This document shows, in pieces, positions 16,878 to 25,832 of a DNA stretch of 64,000 nucleotides. The stretch comes from a virus (Duplodnaviria > Heunggongvirae > Uroviricota > Caudoviricetes). The stretch covers positions 1 to 64,000 of IMG/VR virus record IMGVR_UViG_3300033072_000187; one strand, written 5' to 3'. Within the stretch, counting starts at the first letter, position 1. Each line of letters begins with the position of its first letter. The translations under genes were made by a program, and so were the position numbers. The notes below the pieces were generated by a model, which saw nothing but the letters and a program-made list of their open reading frames with translations, did no database searches and was not told the origin of the DNA.

Positions 16878-17390
16878 TTATACCCAATCTTTAAATTTAA
16901 CTTGGTTAGATTGTATCCGTTTCAAGTAGTCTTTGCAAGTATCTCTTTCAATCTTGTAACCACAATAAAAGGCTTTTGTTGCTTTTTCGTAATTTCCGAA
17001 TACTTTATGAAAATTGTTTAAAATATTTACACCTGCAATAATGTTATTTTCTGGAGAATTCTCCAGAAGTTTAAACCCGGAAGATTTATGAATCTGCATC
17101 AAACCAAGGGCTTTACTTTCTTTATTAACAGCATTTACTTGAAACTTGCTTTCATTTTCAATGATAGCATAAATCATAGAACTTTCAATAGAAGTATGTT
17201 TTGTTAATTCTTTGACAGTACTAACGACTTCATAAGCATCTTTCTCAGAAATTTTGTAATTCTTTGATAAGAATACAGCTTGTTTAAGTAATTGCTTATC
17301 TAACTTACTTTCGATATGAGTTACTTCTGAAATAAAAAATAAAGAAAGTGAAGCAAGAAGCAAGCTAATAAAAATTTTATTTGTTTTCAC
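16878..17390 (-). CDS. secreted lytic transglycosylase (SLT domain)
   Basis: Signal peptide; ENESKF...ALGLMQI resembles the ES...GLMQ catalytic motif. Confidence 0.7.
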   Translation of the reverse strand: MKTNKIFISLLLASLSLFFISEVTHIESKLDKQLLKQAVFLSKNYKISEKDAYEVVSTVKELTKHTSIESSMIYAIIENESKFQVNAVNKESKALGLMQIHKSSGFKLLENSPENNIIAGVNILNNFHKVFGNYEKATKAFYCGYKIERDTCKDYLKRIQSNQVKFKDWV

Positions 17391-17461
17391 TTTTATACCT
17401 TAAAAGATTAACCTATAATTGAACACCTTAAGTACTAATTAAAATTAAATGTATTCGTTAT

Positions 17462-17827
17462 TCATTTAATCATTTTTCCTTTGTAAGCAGCAATTCTTAG
17501 AGAAGCTACACGTCTAGCAGCCTGTTTATCTCCATCATACTTACTGAACTGTTCTACATAACTTTTATTTCCTATTGTAGCATGTACTTGATCATTATAC
17601 CAAGTAATATTTATCCCAAGTTCCGCTTCCATGCATGCACAAATCCCGTCATCCTCCAGAGGATTCCAACAAACAGTGTTTCCGTGCTGATCACTATACC
17701 ACAAATCAAGTTCTACACAATATCTACATAGACACTGTTCTGACTTACTCCATAACCAATCAGTTATACCACAGGCTTTTGCAGCTTGTAAAAGCATATC
17801 TTTTGTTTCTTGTTTAGATAGTTTCAT
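17462..17827 (-). CDS. hypothetical Cys-rich protein
   Basis: Track ORF; AAGGAGAAAACAGA-ATG. Confidence 0.5.
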   Translation of the reverse strand: MKLSKQETKDMLLQAAKACGITDWLWSKSEQCLCRYCVELDLWYSDQHGNTVCWNPLEDDGICACMEAELGINITWYNDQVHATIGNKSYVEQFSKYDGDKQAARRVASLRIAAYKGKMIK

Positions 17828-17934
17828 TCTGTTTTCTCCTTGAGGCGGTAGAGTGTGACGTTTCCGGTGAAGCTGTTTTCGTAGCTAAGTCCTTCATCGT
17901 CGTGATGGAATGCCACTACCTCCAACCGGCTCAT
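17824..17934 (-). CDS. hypothetical small protein (36 aa)
   Basis: ATGA stop/start overlap with the downstream gene; read by hand. Confidence 0.3.
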   Translation of the reverse strand: MSRLEVVAFHHDDEGLSYENSFTGNVTLYRLKEKTE

Positions 17935-17960
17935 TACATATTCTTCGAGCGCGGTGGTAT

Positions 17961-18176
17961 CTAGCTGGGCAGGGGGGCTTCGTTGGCAATATCAGAGTTG
18001 CTCATTAGTACGTCTAAGCAGTACCTTTTCCCTGCGATCATCTCCAGAGCCTCACGCAGCTTGACCTTGCGGGCTTGGGATTCAGCAATTTGCTGGCGTA
18101 AGTTAATAATTTCGTTGTAAGCCCACTTACCATCTTCACCGTGGGATTTTGTTTTAAGTCTGCACAATCGACTCAT
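17961..18176 (-). CDS. hypothetical protein
   Basis: Track ORF in a locally GC-rich patch. Confidence 0.4.
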   Translation of the reverse strand: MSRLCRLKTKSHGEDGKWAYNEIINLRQQIAESQARKVKLREALEMIAGKRYCLDVLMSNSDIANEAPLPS

Positions 18177-18544
18177 TTCTCTTCCTTTCGTGTGGCATCG
18201 ATTGCTTCACATGCCTCGTGATAGTCATCTTGGGTAACTATCTGGGCTGTGAATTCATCAAAGCCAATGCATTCTTCATGTGAGTCGACGAATTTCTGAA
18301 ATGCAGATAGTAGTTCGTCGCGCTGCCTCTGGAGTGCAATCAGAGAACTGAAAAGATTTCCCGTTAAAACATCAGTAATTCCAAGTTTCTCCGCTTGCTC
18401 AAGTATTTCAGTCGGAATACCCCCACAAGCATTGACGCAAGCAACGATTCGTCGAGCGTTGGCTTCATCAACAACTTTATAGGCAAGTTGGCTGCCGGAT
18501 TTCTCAACGTACCAACCATCATTATCTTCGCCGTAAGTCCACAT
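18173..18544 (-). CDS. hypothetical protein
   Basis: Track ORF; ATGA overlap. Confidence 0.5.
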   Translation of the reverse strand: MWTYGEDNDGWYVEKSGSQLAYKVVDEANARRIVACVNACGGIPTEILEQAEKLGITDVLTGNLFSSLIALQRQRDELLSAFQKFVDSHEECIGFDEFTAQIVTQDDYHEACEAIDATRKEEK

Positions 18545-18594
18545 ATCTGTACCTTTGTATTCAAAAATCGGTTTTATTTGAAAGATATAATATC

Positions 18595-18939
18595 TCAGGA
18601 GATAACATCTTCTATTTTCATTGGAGGAATTATCTTCGACCTATTAATCTCAGCATAACTCACTGCTAATTTATGGTGCAGGGATTCAACTAGTTGTCGA
18701 GATGCACATGGCCCAATAATCCAATCTTTTATATTGCGGGATTCAAACCAATCTCCAATCTCAAAGGCTGGTTTAATTAGATGATCCGGTTGATTATTTG
18801 TCATTTTATACCCATCCAATAATGATATATTGACATAGGAAGTAAATTCCAAATCCAACCCTGTGATTGTTAATCCGATGACTATACCTAAGATAAGAAT
18901 GGAGTAAATAATCCCATCAAATATTCCTCTATAACTCAT
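18595..18939 (-). CDS. hypothetical membrane protein
   Basis: N-terminal hydrophobic helix IIYSILILGIVIGLTI. Confidence 0.45.
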   Translation of the reverse strand: MSYRGIFDGIIYSILILGIVIGLTITGLDLEFTSYVNISLLDGYKMTNNQPDHLIKPAFEIGDWFESRNIKDWIIGPCASRQLVESLHHKLAVSYAEINRSKIIPPMKIEDVIS

Positions 18940-19151
18940 TTCAATTCCTTATAAAATACATTACTTATTAAACTAATATCTTCTAACTTAGCATCTCTCC
19001 ACGCAACATAGTCAAAGTCTGTTCCCCAACCATAACCATCTAGTAAACACCCACTGTGCCTTTCTTCGATTTGAAGAACCAACAAAGGTTCTTTAAATAA
19101 TCTGCGTTTGCAGCGATACCTGATTTTACCTGTAAATTCAATTTTATTCAT
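18936..19151 (-). CDS. hypothetical protein
   Basis: Overlapping start/stop with neighbours. Confidence 0.45.
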   Translation of the reverse strand: MNKIEFTGKIRYRCKRRLFKEPLLVLQIEERHSGCLLDGYGWGTDFDYVAWRDAKLEDISLISNVFYKELK

Positions 19152-19200
19152 AATATCACATCCTATGGCAAGAAGTAACCTTTGTATTCAAGAATTGGTT

Positions 19201-19548
19201 TCATTTAAATCGTTTCCGTGCTTTATCAATAGCAGCTCCGTAATCCTCCAGAGAACACCCTTCATTCAAGTCAAGACGAAACTCGATTTCTGGTTGAACC
19301 CAGTGTTGTTCAATTAACCATTGATACCGTTCCGTATCAGCCTTCAATTTAATAAGATTAAGTTCTGCTTCAATTTGTGTATCAGCTTCAAGGAGATCAA
19401 ATACAGAAGTAAGTCGTGACTGATATTCCTCTTTAACACTTTCAATCTGTGCTTGTAATTCTGCTACGAGAATATTAAGCTTTTCAATCTCTTTATCTTT
19501 AATATGCAAGAAACTTTTAAGCATTACTTCTTTTGCTGATTCATTCAT
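19201..19548 (-). CDS. hypothetical coiled-coil protein
   Basis: Track ORF. Confidence 0.5.
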   Translation of the reverse strand: MNESAKEVMLKSFLHIKDKEIEKLNILVAELQAQIESVKEEYQSRLTSVFDLLEADTQIEAELNLIKLKADTERYQWLIEQHWVQPEIEFRLDLNEGCSLEDYGAAIDKARKRFK

Positions 19549-19763
19549 AGATATTCTCCCTCTGAACCGTAAGGAAATAAAACAGAAGATTCTTGCTTTG
19601 TTTTCTTTACAAAAATAATAGTGTTATTAAAATAATTGCCACAATTAGGCACACATACTTGTTTAATAGTCTCGACTCTAAGATCGTGTTTAAATGCACA
19701 ATTAATGCACATCCAACCTGTCTTATTCTCCTTAGTTTCGTATTCTATTCCTTCATGAATCAT
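19545..19763 (-). CDS. hypothetical Zn-ribbon protein
   Basis: CINC...CVPNC. Confidence 0.45.
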   Translation of the reverse strand: MIHEGIEYETKENKTGWMCINCAFKHDLRVETIKQVCVPNCGNYFNNTIIFVKKTKQESSVLFPYGSEGEYL

Positions 19764-19766
19764 TTT

Positions 19767-19994
19767 TTACATCTCCTTGATTAGGCTATAAAACATTCCT
19801 CTGATGAACCAAATATAAGCGGAAGCTGTTTCTTTACTACTATAAGTATAGTTTACATCATCATGCTTTGTAAAGTCAAGATAAATACCTTTATCTTTGC
19901 AATATTCCTCAAAGAGTTTTGTACCTTTTTCTTCCGAATCTACTATTTTATATATTTTAGCTAGTTGGACAAGTAAAGGGCTATCTAAGTACAT
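19767..19994 (-). CDS. hypothetical protein
   Basis: Track ORF. Confidence 0.45.
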   Translation of the reverse strand: MYLDSPLLVQLAKIYKIVDSEEKGTKLFEEYCKDKGIYLDFTKHDDVNYTYSSKETASAYIWFIRGMFYSLIKEM

Positions 19995-19996
19995 TT

Positions 19997-20263
19997 TTAA
20001 TCTCCTTTATTTAGAGCATTAAGGCATTCATCTTTGATGAAATCAAAGAGTTCCCATCTTAGTTTACCATATTCGGTAGATTTATCCCATGATTTATGGT
20101 AACTCTTTAAAAATACTCTACTTCTAATTGGAGTAAGACTGCTTTTCTTCTTGCTGCGAAGAAACATGTTAAAATTCTTACAGATACCTGACCATAGTGC
20201 AATTTTAAAACTCCCATTTTCAACATCTTCCCAAAATTGAAGATATAATTGTTCAAGTGGCAT
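19997..20263 (-). CDS. hypothetical protein
   Basis: Trimmed to an internal Met to clear the upstream gene. Confidence 0.4.
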   Translation of the reverse strand: MPLEQLYLQFWEDVENGSFKIALWSGICKNFNMFLRSKKKSSLTPIRSRVFLKSYHKSWDKSTEYGKLRWELFDFIKDECLNALNKGD

Positions 20264-20273
20264 ATCTTTCACG

Positions 20274-20792
20274 TCAATTTCCTTTGCTAAACATATTAAT
20301 AAATTTAATATGTTTTTGTTTAATAATCGATCTACCTTTACGATCAATGTACGCAATGTATTGATTATTAACTTTTCTTAGGATTGTGATGAAGTGAGAG
20401 CAATAGCCACCAGAAATGTCCTTATTTAACCTACAATCTTCTTGTAAGGCAATACAACGTAAAGCGTCTTTTAAGGTAAAAAATTTATATTTATTATTTT
20501 GCGTATATACAATATATTCGGTTCTCTTATTTCGTTTAATTTTCATAACTTCTTTATGAGCTTCCTTCTTAGTAAGGTATTCCCCATCTACTGTATAAGG
20601 GAGCTGATGGAGTAGACTAAGACTAAAGTGTTTGGATAACTCCTTATCTCTCCAAATATAGCCAAGCTTAATTTCTTCATAATCCCCATTTTCTGTGCAT
20701 ACACTACAATACTTATTTCTATCGTAAGATAATACAACTACTTCATACAAACCTTCTTTACCATTAATAGGGTAATCTGTGTAACCTAACAT
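20274..20792 (-). CDS. hypothetical protein (172 aa)
   Basis: Track ORF. Confidence 0.5.
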   Translation of the reverse strand: MLGYTDYPINGKEGLYEVVVLSYDRNKYCSVCTENGDYEEIKLGYIWRDKELSKHFSLSLLHQLPYTVDGEYLTKKEAHKEVMKIKRNKRTEYIVYTQNNKYKFFTLKDALRCIALQEDCRLNKDISGGYCSHFITILRKVNNQYIAYIDRKGRSIIKQKHIKFINMFSKGN

Positions 20793-21931
20793 TTTACTTC
20801 TCCTTGGTTATTTATTTCACTTTCAAGTAGCAGTGCAATGTCCTTTGCTCCTTGATGATCTACCTTTGCGTTGAATCTTTTGTAGTGCTGCTGGATACGC
20901 ACTTTACCTGTTACTTTGTCTCTTGTAAAGCCTATTGTACTGTATTTTTCATCCCCTTGCATCACTGCATAGACAAGATACTCTCCTCTACTACTACTAT
21001 TTGCGTAGAAAGCTACACAATGATGCATCTCCTTACCTTCAAGGGCAATCTTGAACTTACTGTCTAGAAGTTTACAAGTAAACTCTTCTGTACTGAAGGA
21101 ACTCGGCAAGTCTTGCACAAAACTGAAAGGTTCATCGGGGTAGTCTCTTGCAGTAATATCCCTGCTAAATTGTTCATGCTTCTCATGCATCTTACGCTTA
21201 GACCATTGAGGATTAAACACCTCCCCAAGCTGGTCAGCCATGCACCTAGTCTCTACAACAAAAAGTAAGTCATTGATGGTTACTTTAGCATACTCCCCTT
21301 TCCTACTGAATGATAAGTGCATTAGCTCATAAGAATATATGGTGTAACTATTTATAGAAAACTTACGCAAGATGGTACTTGATACAAGATTTAACTCTTT
21401 GATAATTCTGGAGTCTATTGAGTCGTTACGATTTGACAGTTCGTAGAAAGTACAAAGAAGATTATTGCGAGTAAAAGAATTCTTACAAAGCCTACTCCAA
21501 AGACCTTTACCGAACATTTCCTTTAATTCTTTTGGTGATTTATTAAGTTGGTAAATAAATGGAGTTATATTCCAAAGACCGTCATCCATTGCCTGCTGGA
21601 GTTTATCCGCAGCACTTTCTAGTTTAACTAACCTTGAACTTGAAATAGTACTCTGCCTCCAAGGACGATAATCAGACAGTGTAAAGTTCTTGACGAGTTT
21701 ATCGCTGTACTTTGCAACAAACACTTTATACATAAGTGCATTGACAAGTTTAAGGAACTTACTTGGTGTGCAGTTTGCAGCAGTAGTAAATCTAGCATTG
21801 AAGTCCTTTGGGTGTCCTGTTGTCTCAAGCCCTAAACTTCCGGCTAATTCCCTCGCTGTATTGAATTTTCTATAACTTGTAAACTTAGTTTCCCCAACTA
21901 CAAGTTCATTAGCAGTGACTTGGATTTTCAC
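20786..21931 (-). CDS. large hypothetical early protein (381 aa)
   Basis: GTG start behind AAGGAGC; first gene of the leftward operon. Confidence 0.55.
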   Translation of the reverse strand: MKIQVTANELVVGETKFTSYRKFNTARELAGSLGLETTGHPKDFNARFTTAANCTPSKFLKLVNALMYKVFVAKYSDKLVKNFTLSDYRPWRQSTISSSRLVKLESAADKLQQAMDDGLWNITPFIYQLNKSPKELKEMFGKGLWSRLCKNSFTRNNLLCTFYELSNRNDSIDSRIIKELNLVSSTILRKFSINSYTIYSYELMHLSFSRKGEYAKVTINDLLFVVETRCMADQLGEVFNPQWSKRKMHEKHEQFSRDITARDYPDEPFSFVQDLPSSFSTEEFTCKLLDSKFKIALEGKEMHHCVAFYANSSSRGEYLVYAVMQGDEKYSTIGFTRDKVTGKVRIQQHYKRFNAKVDHQGAKDIALLLESEINNQGEVKC

Positions 21932-21962
21932 GAAGTAGCTCCTTGGTTAATCAGATATAAGG

Positions 21963-21991
21963 ATATTACATAAAGAAAAACCTCTTGTCAA
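21963..21991 (-). promoter_or_regulatory. candidate leftward promoter TTGACA-N17-TAATAT
   Basis: -35 at 21991-21986, -10 at 21968-21963 on the minus strand. Confidence 0.35.
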
Positions 21992-22141
21992 CACCTATTT
22001 CTTGATTGGTTTGTTTAAAGTTGTATCCCTAAGACATACACTTGACAGGGTGTTGCACCCCAAAAGACAGGTGTAATTTGCAAGTACTACTTAGTTTTGA
22101 AGGCTACGTAATCACAATTTAAAACTTTTTATAGATTTATG

Positions 22142-22169
22142 TTGACTTCTGTAAATTATGTGATATAAT
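22142..22169 (+). promoter_or_regulatory. strong sigma70-like promoter TTGACT-N16-TATAAT with a TGTGA extended -10
   Basis: Near-consensus elements read directly. Confidence 0.6.
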
Positions 22170-22175
22170 TGATGT

Positions 22176-22712
22176 ATGCGTATCGGTGTCTAAGAACCCT
22201 TGGAGTAGGGTATCCGAATGCTAGGAACATCAAAACCTAGCTGATAAGTATAAGTTAGAAATCCTAATGAAGCAACCGAGTCTTTACCCCTTTTGACCAC
22301 AAAACGCATGGCGGAGATACTTTAGCAGTAATGCTATCGTTGCACAAGCCGGGTATGCTAGTAGATGATCTTACATAGATTACTACCAGTTGATAGTGCA
22401 CACTGTGTCTAGGAACCTCAAATGATAACTAGAATTTAAGTGAATCTACTCTTTGTTACGTTAGTTAATAAATTTAATTAGCGTACACAAAGGGGTAATT
22501 GTATCTTAAATTTCCTAAATGATATTATATTAATGCTATATACGTAGTATATAAGAGTATACTTCTAAGTTATAAGTATACTTAGGTAACATTCAGTGCA
22601 AGTTATAAGACTTCTTCAATAAGTAGTCGATGCTGAAGTATAAGATGATTGCACTTGATAACAATCTGCTAAATATTACTAGCCCCTGCTTTTGCAGGGG
22701 CTTTTCCTTTTG
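22176..22712 (+). ncRNA. candidate ~0.5-kb non-coding transcript between a strong promoter and a strong terminator
   Basis: No ORF longer than ~38 aa; internal repeats GTGTCTARGAACC (x2) and AGTATACTT (x2). Confidence 0.35.
22681..22712 (+). terminator. rho-independent terminator
   Basis: AGCCCCTGC-tttt-GCAGGGGCT perfect 9-bp stem plus TTTCCTTTT. Confidence 0.7.
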
Positions 22713-22801
22713 TACGTTAGAAATATTTCTTCAACAAACCTCTTGACAATCCCTACAAGAAGAGTACAATCCACTTATCGACTAAAAAACAAGGAACTGA
22801 A

Positions 22802-23029
22802 ATGAATTCTTATGAAGTAATCCAAATCGCAAAGAAGCATGCTGAATTGTCTGGCAATCAAAGTGCTAAGTTGCTACTGGAAGATGCCATCTCCTTGCAA
22901 TCTAAAGGTGAGTGTGTTTATGCTAGGAACAGAGCTATGCAATCCTTAAAACACAGTGTAGGCATCTTCCATGAAGATTATGTTCTGTGCTGCAATGGCT
23001 TTATTCCAAAACGCCAAGCCTTTAGTTAA
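22802..23029 (+). CDS. hypothetical protein
   Basis: Track ORF; AAGGAACTGAA-ATG. Confidence 0.45.
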   Translation: MNSYEVIQIAKKHAELSGNQSAKLLLEDAISLQSKGECVYARNRAMQSLKHSVGIFHEDYVLCCNGFIPKRQAFS

Positions 23030-23039
23030 AGGTACTTAA

Positions 23040-23213
23040 ATGAAAGTTTATATCCAAGGGGTTTGGGGTGAATGGTATGATAGAAGTTACCGTACTTGGT
23101 ATGCTGCTAAGTTTGACAAGCAAGGTAATCAGAGTGGAGATAGCATCTTTGCTTTTACAAAGCAAGAGATTAAAGAGTATATTAACGTAGATATTAAAGG
23201 AGTAACAAAATGA
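23040..23213 (+). CDS. hypothetical small protein (57 aa)
   Basis: Read by hand; ATGA overlap with the next gene. Confidence 0.35.
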   Translation: MKVYIQGVWGEWYDRSYRTWYAAKFDKQGNQSGDSIFAFTKQEIKEYINVDIKGVTK

Positions 23214-23713
23214 AATACAACTTTAAAGTAGGTGATCGTGTTGAGTGGGCAAGTGGTGGATACTTTACTAAATATAAAGGCTCTAACAATCCGAATCTTT
23301 ATGATATTGGAACTATTATTGATGTTACTACCACTGATCTATTTGTAAAATGGGATTCCAATGGATATGTAACTAGCTCTCATGCTTTTCATCTTAGATT
23401 GCTTGAAGAAAACAAAAAAGAAGCTAATCCTAACCGCCATATACACGCTGATGTAATCATTGCTTGGGCTAATGGTGCAGAGATTGAACTTTATGACGAA
23501 GGTTATGAAGAATGGCTTTCAGTTGTTAATCCTAAATGGGATGAAAATATTAAATATCGCGTTAAGCCAAAAGAACTTGTTGAAGAGTTTAATGTCATCT
23601 ATAACATCTATGCTAAAAATTTAATAGTCGAAGATGATCCGAATGTTGTTAAAAATCTTCGATTGACATTTGAACCAGACACAGGTAAGCTACTCAAAGC
23701 TGAAATCATCTAA
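23210..23713 (+). CDS. hypothetical protein (N-terminal KFKVGDRV)
   Basis: AAAGGAG RBS. Confidence 0.5.
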   Translation: MKYNFKVGDRVEWASGGYFTKYKGSNNPNLYDIGTIIDVTTTDLFVKWDSNGYVTSSHAFHLRLLEENKKEANPNRHIHADVIIAWANGAEIELYDEGYEEWLSVVNPKWDENIKYRVKPKELVEEFNVIYNIYAKNLIVEDDPNVVKNLRLTFEPDTGKLLKAEII

Positions 23714-23737
23714 GATGTAGTATTTAAGGAGCTTACC

Positions 23738-24124
23738 ATGAAATATTTAGTAAACGTATCTCCATGTTTAACCATTTTTAGTTTCTGTGGCCTTAATCCA
23801 GAACCGGAAAGTTTTAGAGATAGAGGATCAAATCCTATCTACGCAATGAACATTTTTGATACAGATGTATTTGATTTTTGTAAAGCTGTTGACAAAATAA
23901 TCCATCAACGTAATCTTCACAGGTTAGACGCTAAAGAAGGAGAATTATCTTGTTTTGATAAAACTGAAGTACAAGTTGGAGACTGTTATCTTAAATATCA
24001 CGGTTCAGGCACTTTAAGTATTGCAGCAGGATACAGGGAACTTCTGTATGTATATGACGTAAATCATCTTAAAAACCTAACTATTGCTTTATTAAAAGCA
24101 GCTACAAAAATCTCAAAGGAATAA
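23738..24124 (+). CDS. hypothetical protein
   Basis: AAGGAGC RBS. Confidence 0.5.
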   Translation: MKYLVNVSPCLTIFSFCGLNPEPESFRDRGSNPIYAMNIFDTDVFDFCKAVDKIIHQRNLHRLDAKEGELSCFDKTEVQVGDCYLKYHGSGTLSIAAGYRELLYVYDVNHLKNLTIALLKAATKISKE

Positions 24125-24128
24125 CATA

Positions 24129-24311
24129 ATGAAACTTAGTAAAGAAACGCTTGCTGTCCTAAAGGAAGAAGGCTACAAGTCTTTGGAAGATTACTTTGTA
24201 GACATTTCAGATGAGTTTGATGTACCGTATGAAGATGTAGAAGCTCTAGCAAAGTTACTAGGAGAGAACGAACTATTTGACGGGCTACTTAGTACTCTTG
24301 AGTATCGGTAA
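24129..24311 (+). CDS. hypothetical acidic protein
   Basis: AAAGGAATAACATA-ATG. Confidence 0.4.
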   Translation: MKLSKETLAVLKEEGYKSLEDYFVDISDEFDVPYEDVEALAKLLGENELFDGLLSTLEYR

Positions 24312-24467
24312 TTCTCCCAAAGAGGAATAACACTAGAATCGCTCTCTGTTGCATTAAAATAGCTTCGGGTATATACTCTATCCAACTAAAGCAAACAAAC
24401 GCAGTATAGAGCGATTCTGAAGGTTTTAGAAGTATTTTGATATGTTTATTTAGTTAAGGAGTAAATC

Positions 24468-24815
24468 ATGGAAGAGAAGCAAACTAATACTGTAATTATT
24501 CAAGTACAAGGTGAAGAGTTAGAAGTTATCAATGTAGAACTAAGTGCAGCAGAAGTTAAATCAATCTATCTACAACGTAAAGAACTACAAAAAGAAGTTC
24601 AAGCTCTTGAGAAGAAAATCAAAGATATGGAATCTAACGCTAAGTACAACACATCTCGAATGGAAAAAGCTGAGTCGGAAGTCAAACAAGCTAATGTACT
24701 TCTCAGTGCTTTAGGTGTTGCATTTAAAACAAATGAAGAAGAGTCTTGGCGACAAGAAGTACTTTCAGTTGCTACCCGTATTGCCCTATATATTGCAAAC
24801 AAAACAAACAATTAA
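24468..24815 (+). CDS. hypothetical coiled-coil protein
   Basis: AAGGAG RBS. Confidence 0.5.
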   Translation: MEEKQTNTVIIQVQGEELEVINVELSAAEVKSIYLQRKELQKEVQALEKKIKDMESNAKYNTSRMEKAESEVKQANVLLSALGVAFKTNEEESWRQEVLSVATRIALYIANKTNN

Positions 24816-24826
24816 GGAGAAACAAA

Positions 24827-25057
24827 ATGCAAAAATTACATAACTTGTTTAAGTTAATTATACTAAGTAGTTCGTTACTAACTATTTCTGCCTGTAGTAT
24901 TAACGATAAACATGACAATTTGATTGTCAGCGATGGTAATGGTAAGAAATACATTTTAAAACATAATATTGGGGATACTTATTTTGTACGAGAGGTAGTA
25001 CCAACTAATACTACACATTGTGTGCAAGAGGCTAATTCTAAGATCGTAAAGGAGTAA
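24827..25057 (+). CDS. small lipoprotein
   Basis: Signal peptide plus lipobox LTISAC; AAGGAGAAACAAA-ATG. Confidence 0.5.
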   Translation: MQKLHNLFKLIILSSSLLTISACSINDKHDNLIVSDGNGKKYILKHNIGDTYFVREVVPTNTTHCVQEANSKIVKE

Positions 25058-25059
25058 TC

Positions 25060-25332
25060 ATGCAAAAAGTTAAAATTGAGTTAGATCAAGCAGAAGTTAA
25101 TTATCTTTTGACTATGTTTTCTGATAAACTTTGTTACCTACAATACAGTAGCAAAGCGTTTAAGAAAGACGCCGTAATGGCTTATAATTGCTGTGATAAA
25201 GATAATCCTGATACAAAGCAGTATTTTGAGGTTTTTAGTTATTGTTATAATGAATATAAAATGCGTAAAAAACAAGTTAAAAAGCTCTCTGAGATTCAGC
25301 GTAAGCTGAAAGCTAGTGTACGTAAAGGGTAG
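25060..25332 (+). CDS. hypothetical protein
   Basis: AAGGAG RBS. Confidence 0.45.
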   Translation: MQKVKIELDQAEVNYLLTMFSDKLCYLQYSSKAFKKDAVMAYNCCDKDNPDTKQYFEVFSYCYNEYKMRKKQVKKLSEIQRKLKASVRKG

Positions 25333-25343
25333 GAGTTTTAATC

Positions 25344-25580
25344 ATGAAATTTAAAGTTGAATCTGCTTCTTTATTTGTTGATACATACTTTAATACTTTA
25401 GGAAGAGAAGGGTTTAAAGTAGAACAATCGCCAGATTTTAAAGAAAATGATTTTATTACTCATTTCTTTATTTATATTACAACAACAGAAGAACTTACTA
25501 GATTTGCCAAGGTTGTTGGACATGATCTGGTATTTAAAAGAAAAGGTGAAATACTTATTTATGATGACTATATTGAGTAG
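25344..25580 (+). CDS. hypothetical protein
   Basis: GGAG RBS. Confidence 0.45.
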   Translation: MKFKVESASLFVDTYFNTLGREGFKVEQSPDFKENDFITHFFIYITTTEELTRFAKVVGHDLVFKRKGEILIYDDYIE

Positions 25581-25594
25581 AAAGGATTTTAATT

Positions 25595-25747
25595 ATGAAA
25601 TATCAACAAGGATATGTACAGATTGACTTAGTAGCTATTCTCGCTATATCATGCACAGTAGGTATTATTACAGGCTTAATTACGTACGATGTTGTAGCAG
25701 CTGTTTGGCCTGATATTAAGGCTTGGATTCATGCTGCTACAGCTTAA
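25595..25747 (+). CDS. small membrane protein (50 aa)
   Basis: Read by hand; hydrophobic core. Confidence 0.35.
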   Translation: MKYQQGYVQIDLVAILAISCTVGIITGLITYDVVAAVWPDIKAWIHAATA

Positions 25748-25832
25748 CTTATACTAAAGGGGGAAAAAACATGCAAGAGCAGAATATTATTAAGCCTATG
25801 CTTGCGGTAATTCAGAAAGACAGGAATGTGAA

